From positions 68,572,001-68,636,000 of the forward strand of contig CM060731.1 of NCBI GenBank assembly GCA_030704615.1: DNA of 64,000 nt, given 5' to 3'. The stretch comes from Takakia lepidozioides. Its lineage: Eukaryota > Plantae > Bryophyta. The notes under the pieces are model-generated. The model was given only the letters and a program-made list of their open reading frames with translations, was not told where the DNA came from and ran no database searches. How positions within the stretch are numbered: the first letter of the stretch is position 1; each line of letters begins with the position of its first letter. The position numbers were made by a program, and so were the translations under genes. Below, one piece after another: positions 1 to 10,680 of this stretch.

Positions 1-3
1 CAG

Positions 4-588
4 GACAACGAAAAGAAGAACATCTTGGCTGTCCAGACATTGCGAAACACCATAATGGGCTCCACGCTGATGGCCTCTACGGCTATCCTGCTTAGCTCTG
101 CCCTTGCTGCCTTCATTACCAGCACCTACTTCAACAACAAGAAGCCCTTCTTGAGTGGAGAAAGCGAGAACTTAGTATCAGTGAAGTACATGTCCCTGCT
201 TCTCTGCTTTCTCTTCTCCTTTGGCTGCTATATGCAGTCAGTGCGCTATGTCAACCACGTCAATTTCCTCATCAACATCCCTCTGAAGGATGCAATGACA
301 GCAAGAATATCGCCTGATTACGTTGCCAATGTGCTGGCGAAGGGTTGTAACTTCTTTAGCATTGGGACTCGCGGATTCTATCTTTCTCTGCCCTTGCTGC
401 TATGGTTGTTCGGCCCAGTCCCAGTGGTTGTGTGCTCCGCTGCTCTGGTGCCTGCTATGTACTATCTCGACACCGTGGAACACGATGATCAATTGAGCTT
501 GGACTGCGAGGGAAAGATCTCTGCAGCCAATTCTTCTCTTGAGCTGATCAGCTACCAGGAACGATCTGCGGCCGGTTACAATCTGTAA
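4..588 (+). CDS. DUF599 family membrane protein, last exon (5' part outside window)
   Basis: Reads DNEKKNILAVQTLRNTIMGSTLMASTAILL...SVRYVNHVNFLIN...GTRGFYLSLPLLLWLFGP, typical of plant DUF599; CAG at 1-3 is a plausible acceptor; stop at 586-588. Confidence 0.9.
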   Translation, partial: DNEKKNILAVQTLRNTIMGSTLMASTAILLSSALAAFITSTYFNNKKPFLSGESENLVSVKYMSLLLCFLFSFGCYMQSVRYVNHVNFLINIPLKDAMTARISPDYVANVLAKGCNFFSIGTRGFYLSLPLLLWLFGPVPVVVCSAALVPAMYYLDTVEHDDQLSLDCEGKISAANSSLELISYQERSAAGYNL

Positions 589-3050
589 ACTGCTCCAAGA
601 AAGTAGCGACCCTTTATTGGTGGCTAGGTAAAGTTAATACAGAACTTTGCCAGATCCAAATAGTATATACTGGAGACGTGCCAGGTTAGTAGTGGCTTCC
701 TGAATTACCAAAATTGCAATAAGCCTCAGGGCCGATCCGATGCTTCAGACATGATTTTCTGAACGAAGGAACTCTTGTCGCGCTAGTTCATCACCTCGAT
801 GAACTGATGAGAGCCGTGTCGATTGGAGCACGGAAGATAATGCATTCCTAGGTGAACTGCATGCATACGATCTCGAGAGGATGATATATGCAGAGCAGAT
901 CAGATCTATGTATACTTATATACTTGTATATGAGACAAACTCCTCCCGGGGTGTTTGTTTGTCTCTGGCTCTGTAAGCTTGTTCAACAGCATGTTTGAGA
1001 AAAAAAAATTGAGACAAAAGTGATTATGTACGTGGTACGAAACGATCTTGATATGTCAGTTGGTGGGAGTACCTGTTGGATCTTGACGATAATTGACAAC
1101 CGAAAGGATACTTTAGGACTTGTATACCTAGTAGACAACTGTGACGCAAAATCTCTTTGCAGTGTCATATACACGGGCATATTGCCTCTTGCTACTCTTT
1201 CTTCTCGCTTTCCAACTTGCCAAGCTCGTGGATAGGGACTTCTTCTGGGTTTTTCACATCACATCGGGCAGGGGGTTCCTAAAACACTGATCTCGAAAAG
1301 CCCAACTCGGAAGCAGTCTCTTAAGCACTTTTTGGACTGTAAATTCCCTCCAGATTCCACAACGTACACGTATGGCTGACATCGTGGCCACTCCTCCAGT
1401 ACTAGTGAAGATCGTCCGGTCGTCTCTGCCACAATTGCGGCTTCTGTCAAATCCAGCTGCAGTCGAAAAGCCATCTCTGCACTCGTCACTGTCCCACACA
1501 ATCATATGGGTTGGACCTGTGGGGACGTGACACCTGTCCCATCGTACACCTACTTCTAGAACCTCATCACGGCAACACGTGGCTCCATAAATGGACACAC
1601 CCGGCCTGACACAGCCGTGCCGGTGAAGCACTTCGTCAACTCACTATCGTCGCTCTGTTTTGTTTGTCGGACTCGGTGCGCAGCGGCGTCGCATGCTCAC
1701 AGGATTCCGCGGTCGATCCAGGCATGTACATAGTTGTGAGCTTTGAGGATCCGAGGGAGTTGCGTTGCGTTCATAAATGCTGGCATCTGTGCGTGTGGAA
1801 GGAATCTGTTGTCTCTTTACGAGGTTGTGGACTACCTTGCTGCGTTTCTGAAGTATCCGTTAGTTGATATTGGTAGGGGATTAGATTTCCTGGACTGCAG
1901 ATTTCCTGCTCAAGGTAGATTTGATTTTCAGGGAAAGTAGTACTGGATTCGGTTGTAGGGATGGAGCAGCTAATATCTTCCAAGAACATCAGAGCATGAT
2001 GAAGATGTTGAGAGGTCGTATTTTCAATGGAAGGAGCCTCGGTCGCGAATCTTGCTAAGGATCTGGACACTGTGCTGAGGCACAAGCCTCGATGGCCGAT
2101 GTGCATGCAGAAGGTATCCGTTTATTGAAATGAACGAACCTCGTGCCACTTTTACCAACTTCACCCCTGTGAAGTAAAGCTCTGGGTGTCTTAAGGACCA
2201 GCCTGTGTCAAACATTATCGATTGTTGTCTGCGAGGCTGTGTTTTCTCAGCTTTATCCGGGGTCTCTCAAGCTGTAATGGCTCTGGCACAGAAAAATTGG
2301 AGACTAATTGATGGCAGCCATGCCAACTCCTACGTTGTACTCTTAGAGCACGATGGCCTTACTGGCCAGGTGGTGTGAAAGAGGTTTTGTTTCGAATGTT
2401 TGACTGCAATGGGAATTAAATTGCAGCTCTGAGCCATCGAATTCCCCCAGACTTGTAAGGCTGGAGAGGTCCGTTCCTTTGTCCGGTTACTGTCCGTGCG
2501 AAAAGGAGGAGACGAAGACGGAAAAGGGATTTACAGTGTCCGAAGACCTGGCTGCAATTGCATTTTAGGGTCATCGTGCAAACAAAGGCTTCAGGGAACA
2601 GTGCCGAACTGAGTCCAATTGTTGTGATGTGATTTCAAGAGCTGTGCAAAAGTGGAAAGTGAACAGGAGGGAATTTTGCTGCATTTGAGCCATTCCATTG
2701 GAAGTGGTATTGGAACGGTAGACAGAAAACAGCCAGGTGCGATGAAGTCGTACCCATGCAGCTCAACAACTTGACTCATGAGCAGCACTAAGATCTATCA
2801 CTTCCAGGTAGGGTGCATACATTTACTTGAGCTATTTTTTGGGCCTAATCCAATGTCTATGAAGAGTCATTGAAATCATTGCATCCTCCTCACATTCTGA
2901 AAAATATGCAGTTTGGTGTCCTCCCACATGGTACTGCACATTCCCCCCCTAAATTTAAGACAGAATAATTGCAACCTGCATTTTTAGATTAATAGGAGTG
3001 GCCATGGTCAGTCAAAGTTCTAATGACAGTGCACATGTTTATGCAGCCTT

Positions 3051-6000
3051 ATGCCTGGTTTCATGATGAAGGGAAACAAAATTTCAAAGTATCAGAGATT
3101 TGAGAGCACTTCATCAAATGAAGGAAGTCATTCTACACCTGATGTGGCCCTTTGCTACGCATGCACTGGATTAGGACAGCCTCCATTTCACTCAGCCAAC
3201 TGTGAGAACATCTCACCTTCTTCTTCGGGACACAATGCGGACTCATTTCAAGGGACTCATCAGGAGAAGAGCTTCAGGTTAGCAGTGCCTTTGAAAACAT
3301 GGTGGAAGTATGTGGTAGATAGTGGAAGAGAATGTACTCATGAGGTGTTGTTTGCTGTAGCCTTGTGGCTATAGTCCCCATGCCCTTTGGGCAGAACAAG
3401 AGGGAATAGACAGTATATTTCTGAGGGATTCACTCCAGTAGTTTGGTATAAATAATTGGTTTGGGCTTTCCAGATTTCCTCTAAAAGCCCTTCATGCAAG
3501 TATGAGTCTGCTGTGTGTGAGCTGCCTAGCAATTTGACCCCCAACAGGGCCAGGACTTTAGGCTCAGCCTAGAGATTTTGAAAGGTGGTGATGAGAGGTC
3601 TGGGGACTACGTTCTTGATGGTCCTGAAGAGGGTTGCTCTCTGATGAGAATACCCCAGACATTCTATCTGAAAATGGGTATTGTCTTCAGGCCACCTGCA
3701 CATCAGGCATTGACAATCTTCCTTTCCTCTCTGTAGCCTCCCCGTGTCAATTTCAGTCTAGTGCCGAGGGTAGGTAGGCCCTTCAGATCACCTTTAAGGT
3801 CCTCACCAATGTCACAAACTGGAAACAAGTTCAGGGAAGTTTCATGCCTAACTCTGTTTTGTCCGGATATTCTTCGCGCTTCCGATGTTGCCTTAGACAC
3901 TCAGCCTCCAAGGCAGCTTCACCTAGCAGGGTCAGTTCTTCCTGCCTACTATTCAGGTTTTTTCCGCCAGGACTTGGCCTGTTTAACACTACCATCTCGC
4001 TTCCAAGAAAGAGAGTCGATCTTAGGGTATCTGGGTCGCCTCCCTAGTAGTCCATTTTGGGTCAACCTCTTTCAGGGCTTCAAATGAATAAAACTTTCAG
4101 TTTAAAGTCCCCATCCTTGACTGTCTTCCCTGAGCCCCTCATTGAATCACCAAGGTCGGTGGCTCTCCAACGGGGCAAGGGATCAAACTTTTCTAAGTTT
4201 AATTTTCTGTGGGACTCTACCTGTCAATGTAGTGTTCTTAGACATAGTTGCCTTCAATGCACCTCTGTTACCAAGTCTTGAGATGGTACCATCAGCCAGA
4301 TAATCTAAGCCTGAACTTGAGCAAGTAGTTGTAAAGGACATAATATCCATCCTGTGATTCACCCCAAAAACTACACAAGAAGCTCTAGCTTTGGCATAAG
4401 TACCAGCTCCCAGGGGTCACCCTGGGGACTCCGAGCATTATCTGGAAAATGAGATGTACTTATAGCAGGTAAGAGATTTCTAACCTAGCCCAAGTGTTGC
4501 GCATGCAAGCCAGAGCATGCAAACTGCTCCACTTGAGTGGAGGGGCGGCCCCCGAGCTGTAGGGATCCCCTTGTTACCATTCAGAGATCATCACTCCATA
4601 GGACCATGTTGTTATATTCTAAAGAAGGAGAGACCCCTTCTCTCCAACTAAATCCGATGCACTACCTCACCTGAAGCAAACTGCTTGAGGTCAAACAAAC
4701 ATAGGCGAGGGGTCACAAGGTGGGCATTTGATCGTAGAGACGTTTATCTCCTCCCATGTAAAGTTCACCCATGAAGCAGGCTACCTAGTGGGCAGGGAGG
4801 GATAAGACAGATGAGCAAAGTCATCTTGATATACCAACCCTCCGGAGCTGCCTCTGGGGTTGTACTCCTGCAAGGCACGAGACAGATAGCCCAACACCAA
4901 GTATCAGTCTAGACTTTGTTAGAAATTCCCAAGATTTCTGGTTGTCACTAATCAACAGCTATGATGGGGCAGGGAGGGCCGGACAAATAAGAGATGGATC
5001 TTTGGCAGGGTTCTGGACCCGCGCAGTGCTGCAATTCGCCGATACAACCGCTGGTTCCTCCTCTCCTGTACACTTGGCGCAGCTGTTGACCCACTGTTCT
5101 TGTCTCTCCTAGCCATCAACTCGCAGCTATCGTGTCTGTATGTGCAGAAGGGATATGCAATGGTGGTCACCACGCTGCGTTGCCTAGTTGATGTGATGTA
5201 TGTGTGGCAGATGTGGCTGCAGCTAAAGCTGGCCTATCTTTCCAAGAAATCCTTGGTACTTGGCCGTGGGGAGCTCGTGTGGGATGCTCGCAAGATTGCA
5301 CGGCACTACCTATGTCCCTTGCGGGGATTTTGGTTTGATGTCTTTGTCATCCTTCCTATACCACAGGTGAGCCTCCTGGTATGTGTGGACTCTATTCTGC
5401 CTTGGAAGAATCTATGGTATCGAGGGTTCTGTTGTGCCACATTGGAAAATGGTTGATTGGCCATTGTGGAGCTCAAACATCATGCTTACAATGGAGTATG
5501 GCAATGCTTTTGGTCCCTGCACTCAAATTGGTGTTGAATCATAGCAGACTTTGATTGCTCAAGACAGACCAAATTGAACTTGATTTCAGCCAGTCAGGCA
5601 GTTACCATGCTCACTTTATCGAGGCTTACTCTGTCCCAGAAACCAATGAAGCCACTGTTGTGCTGTGCGTGCCTCCATCTGATTGATTTGCAAAAAATGG
5701 ATATGTGTTGAGTGGCACAGGTGATGATGTGGGTGGTTGTTCCACACATGGTGGCACACGGAGGGATAACTATGCGCATCATGAGAGTCACACTAGCTGC
5801 CTTCTTGTTTCAGTACATCCCCAAACTCCTGCATTTTGTTTTGGTTGGCTGGCGCCTGCAACGCGTGACAGGCTACATTTTCGGCTCTGCCTCTTGGGGT
5901 TTTGCATTGAATTTGGCATCCTACTTCTGTGCTGCTCATGTAAGAGGAACAATTCCTCTGTCTAAGCTTGTTAATGTCCAAAACTGTAGACTTCCTAAGC

Positions 6001-9000
6001 TCTCTGAGTCACCCCCCTACTACTTTGTCCCATGGGCCCTCATGGTGTTCTGTGGATGTTATAAAGTTTCTATTTCTCCTTCTCTCTATCTGGATCCAGA
6101 TCAAATTTTGGTGGAAAAACTGTTCGGCTCTCTTTTCTCTTGGACACCTGTCTTACATGCATACACACACCTACCTACTTTTCTCTCATTAGTAATACTA
6201 CCTGCACATGTCAAGCTAGTACTAGAAATTCGTAACTTTACAGAAGTCAAGATACTAAGTTACTGTGGTCATCTCAGGTAGCTGGTTCGATTTGGTATCT
6301 CCTCACTGTGCAGCGAGTTGAGTCGTGCATACACATTCAGTGCCAAAACATGGCCAATTGCAGTGATAAATATATGGGTTGTCCGATTCCTGTGGCATAC
6401 AGCAAGCAGCCACTTGATGATCCCGTGAGGGTTGCATGGGCACAAGATCCAGCTGTAGTCAATAACTGCCTCTCAGGGGGCCCAACTGTTGGTGGTAATT
6501 TCACCTTTGGTATCTATTCTCTTGCAGTACCACTGGTGCTGGATACCATTCCAGTGAACAAGATTCTGCTGCCACTGTTCTGGGGGCTAATGACAATGAG
6601 GTACTTCAGCACCATTGGAAACACAAGGTTTTGAGCGGGCCAACTTCTCAAACATGCCAACTTCTGATATTTTCAAACATCTGATTACTTTTTCTAGTAT
6701 TGCCGCTGTCAAACTAGCTTTGAATGATAAAAATTCTGCGTATCTACTGCTTGGACCTGATATTTATTTGATAGTGACTGTGGTTTCCCTTGGTCAAGAG
6801 CTTGTCTGAAATTGTTTCCCATCTTGGTCGTTGTCAGCATTGCTTGAAGGAACTCATCTTGGAAATTGTGGATATGTGCAGCTCTTTTGGCAATGCCTTG
6901 ACACCCACTGATAACACCCTTGAGGTGGGTTTTAGCATCGTCGTCGTCACCTGTGGCTTGCTTCTCTTCACTATGTTGATTGGCAACATTCAGGTGCGCC
7001 CCCCACTCTATGCTAATCTTAGTTTTTCAACGAATCCTGGGTTATGATCTTGCTAAAGAAGCTTTTGATATGCTAAGGTCCCATACAAACGAGAGTGCTT
7101 TGCACCTCGCTGATTCCCAAGCTAAGCCTCACAAACTTGCTGGGTCAGGAGATGTTGCTGTTCTCTCTGTAGACACAGACATGCCACAGATTGGTTGTCA
7201 CCAATTTAACCACTCCCAGGGGGTATCATCACGGAACAGGCTGATCAGACATTTATGGTGCCCATGTGTCTTCTCACCCCAACACCTTATTCCTCGAACA
7301 TCCGGGCGCTGATGCCCTACTACTTAGCCTACCACTTTCTCAACAGCAATCACAAGCGTTCTCAAGGAGACTTTCAAAGCTAGCTTGCACAACCTCCAGA
7401 ATGAGACAGCAGATGGAACATACCATTTGAAGATGTGATTTGGCGAGCTTGCACCATGCAAGAATTGGGATGGGATCTACTTGTTTGCTCCTGCTTGACT
7501 ATAGAGTTATTTTTAGATACTGATGTCTCTTCTAAGCCTGCTGATCTTTGGCAGAGGCACTTGCAGACCAAAAATTCTTGCCAGCTTACCATGACAAGGC
7601 TCATTGTCTTTGTGAAGCGATTATGGTGTGAAGTCATCATGTAATCTTCTTCCATAGACTATTTGAGTGCCGTGCAGTGTTGGGGAACATCATAAAGTTT
7701 CTTTCTTTCTTCACTCTCTCTCTCACACACTCAACACACTCTTTCCATCACTGGTGAGCTCCGTGAGGATTTTACCTTGATAAGGCACTTTGTCTTTGTG
7801 AAGCCATTCTAGTGTGAAGTCATCATAAACTTCACATGATCTTCTTCCATAGACGATTTGGGTGCTGTACAGTGTTTGGGGACATCATAAAGTTTCTTTC
7901 TTTCTATATGAGCTTTCCGCGGAGGTTATAAAGCACCATTTCATTTCATTTCATTTCTTGGCAGCTTACCTGCACGAGGCCTTCACCCTTAGACAATCAC
8001 TCGAACGATAGTTTTATTTTTTGGCTTTGCTGTTGTTTCCTCTCTCATGTTTCATTTTGTCCCATAAGCTCTATGAGCTTTCCGCGGACGTTATAAAGCA
8101 CCATTTAGTTTCATTTCCTTTCTTCCCTCTTTCTCTCTCACACTCAACGCACTTTCCCATAAGCTCTTTGAGCTTTGCGCGGACGTTATGAAGTAAATCA
8201 TTTCATTTATTTTCTTTCTTTCTTTGTTCCAAAATAACATTGTAACATTTGAGCAGGACGTTGTCTTTGGGATGTGAATAATAACAGGTGTTCCTGCATT
8301 CCATCACTGCCAAGAAGGAGGAAACACAGTTGCGCATTCGAGACCAAGAACAGTGGATGCGACGACGGCAACTGCCCGTCAGGCTACGGCAGCGTGTGCG
8401 ACAGTACGAACGCCAGAAGTGGGCAGCCACCCGTGGAGTCGATGAAGAGTCTGCTGTTAGAGACCTGCCAGAGGGCCTTCGTCGTGACATTAAGGGCCAC
8501 CTCTGCCTTGATCTTGTCCGCCAGGTAAATCATTTGTTTGCATTATTCTCGAAGAAGTATGTAGGTACAGCTGAGGACATTGTCATCAAAAAGCCATTCA
8601 GTTGGGCTATACCCTAAACAGTGACCCCGCTGTTCTATACTGTTCTTTATTGAAATTCAAGCTCAAGTTTCACCTTCTGAAATCTGATACTGAAATTGAC
8701 ACACCGAGGCTTGCCAAATTGTAGAGTCCATGTTATCTGCATGCATGTCGTGGTAATGTGCCTGGGCCGTACTGCAAATTCTTTATCATGCACTGAAGAG
8801 TGTACTCATGGGACGTTATTTGCTGTAGCCTTGTGGTCAGTTTGGGCGGAATTATTATGCACTAAAGAGTCGGTAAATAAGGACTGATTGATATCAAAAA
8901 TCCTTTCAGTTTTCTTTTCAATCTAAATTGCCTGCCGGTAACTACAATTATGTGGTCCATAGTTTCTCAAGAGGGTTCAATTTAACTTAGCCAGTTCTTT

Positions 9001-10251
9001 GACTGTCAAGCAACTGCAAAAGAGAAATGCAAGTCACTTGTAAACCGCTAGTAAGAAGATGCCAGGATCACCGTTTTGTAGATTCATGTATCAGTTCGAA
9101 GGTGATGGGGCAGAACCGATCACAGTCCAGTTACAGAACTGACTCCCCATCTATGGGCTGGCATTTAGAGCGGGCGTGATAATCTGATCCCCAAGGCAAG
9201 TGGCAGGGCAGTGAGCTATCTAGAATCTTCTCCTGTTGTGAATTATGGCCATGGCAGTGGTGGCCACAGTTTCCCCCTCAAAATGGTACATAGGCCTGCT
9301 GTACTGTAAAATTGGAGGGCAGTGAAATTTCATTCCTGTTTGACGGAGTATGTGTCTCACCTGGCATGATTGTATGATATGTTACAGGTCCCCCTGTTTC
9401 AGCAGATGGACAATCTGGTACTCAACAATATATGTGAGCGCCTCAAGCCTGTTCTTTTCATCAAGGATGAGAAGGTAGGTTGTCTTTTCCACTCCCATAT
9501 AAGAAGTGATGTCCTGCAGGCTGTGATAGAAGTGGTTATCTTAAATCACTTTTCTATTTGATTACTGGGTACAATGCAATGACTGTGACATACTTCAACT
9601 TGCATGGTGTAGAGGGTACTTGTTCATTGCCTGTTTCTATCCTCAGTCTCAATTTTTTCTTGACTCCTCTGCTGCTTTTCAACTAACATCTTTTCAAATC
9701 ATCATGGGTAGGTGCTAAGTGAGGGAGATCCGGTGCGGCAGATGTTGTTTATAGTGCGGGGTCATATGAAGAGCTCATATCGTCTGCATCGTACCAATCA
9801 GACCAGCATCTGTATGCTGGGGCCAGGCAACTTCTGTGGAGATGAACTCATATCCTGGTGCCTACGCAAGCCTTTGCATGATAGCCTTCCCCTTTCCACT
9901 GCAACCCTAACGACATTAGACTTGATTGAGGCCTTCGGCCTGGAAGCCCAAGATCTGAAGTACATCTCGGAACACTTCAGTTACAAATTTGCCAACGAAA
10001 AGCTCAGGCGCACAGTCCGATTCTACTCATCCAGCTGGCGAATGTGGGCGGCTGTCACCATCCAACTGGCTTGGCGGCGCCATAAGGCCCGCCGCAGCCC
10101 CACTGATTCGGGACCCCTCAATTTTGCTGAGGTCTCAGTTGCACCAAATGATGCCTTGAGGAACTCGAACCTCACACAGTCTCAGAGAGATCGGCTCAGT
10201 TTGTATGCTGCTATGTTCACCTCACCCAAGCCGCAAGATCATCTCGAATAA
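3051..10251 (+). CDS. CNGC2: Cyclic nucleotide-gated channel, group IVb (CNGC2/CNGC4-like); exons 3051-3277, 4973-5366, 5721-5939, 6278-6600, 6882-6993, 8288-8524, 9388-9474, 9712-10251
   Basis: N-terminal CYACTGLGQPPFHSANC motif, VLDPRS...VDPLF, pore MTMSSFGNAL, MLIGNIQ, C-linker WMRRRQLP, CNBD LGPGNFCGDEL, IQ motif TIQLAWRR, C-terminus SPKPQDHLE; all introns GT-AG with consistent phases. Confidence 0.93.
3325..4810 (-). mobile_element. Internally deleted copy of the LINE at 58049-62900, in CNGC intron 1
   Basis: Reverse complement of 4050-4810 aligns to 58049-58830 (5'UTR and ORF1); 3325-4035 aligns to 62135-62890 (ORF2 end and 3' tail). Confidence 0.88.
7590..8210 (+). repeat. Cluster of duplicated segments and 3' ends of a second non-LTR family with (CATTT)n tail, in CNGC intron 5
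   Basis: GAGCTTTCCGCGGACGTTATAAAGCACCATTTCATTT-like units at ~7910, 8075, 8170; a ~100-bp duplication at ~7605 and ~7795. Confidence 0.7.
8795..8850 (-). mobile_element. Isolated 3' end of the RTE/RTEX-like LINE family
   Basis: TGTACTCATGGGACGTTATTTGCTGTAGCCTTGTGG is the reverse complement of the motif at 62845-62882. Confidence 0.75.
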
Positions 10252-10324
10252 TCTCACCCTCTTCTCTCTCAAATCCCTACCTGAAACAATGTGGGATCAA
10301 TATTTCTGGCCTTTGGCATGTCAG

Positions 10325-10680
10325 AACTGTCAGATGCTCGGAAGGTTAAAGCCATCTTTCGGAGAACTCATTGAATCACAGACCTCTGTCTGCGCCAACG
10401 ACATTCACACTTTTTTTCTCATGTTGCAAATGACCATTTCCCATGTATTTTTTATGAGATGGAGGGTTCACCCTTCTGTTGGTGGAAGGAATGTCTCACC
10501 AGATTCATCAGGTTCTGCCTATTTTGTTCTTTTTTCTATCATTTCTCTAACTCTTCTTTCTTGCTTTCGGCTGCTTTTGGGTGTGGTTTTGTCTCTTCTT
10601 TCTTGTTTTTCCCTTTTGTCCCACAAGCTCCTTGAGCTTTCCACGGATGTTATATAGCACAGTTTCATTTCATTTGATTT
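10325..10680 (+). mobile_element. 3' remnant of the (CATTT)n-tailed retroelement just after the CNGC stop
   Basis: Ends GAGCTTTCCACGGATGTTATATAGCACAGTTTCATTTCATTT, matching units at 7910-8210; 5' boundary uncertain. Confidence 0.55.

Noticed and set aside
800-840. GAGCCGTGTCGAT resembling miR171
   Set aside because: Several mismatches and no complementary star arm nearby
1010-1065. IMYVVRNDLDMSVG resembles the peptidyl-tRNA hydrolase 2 motif
   Set aside because: The following KxAAQ motif is absent and no further exons were found; likely chance
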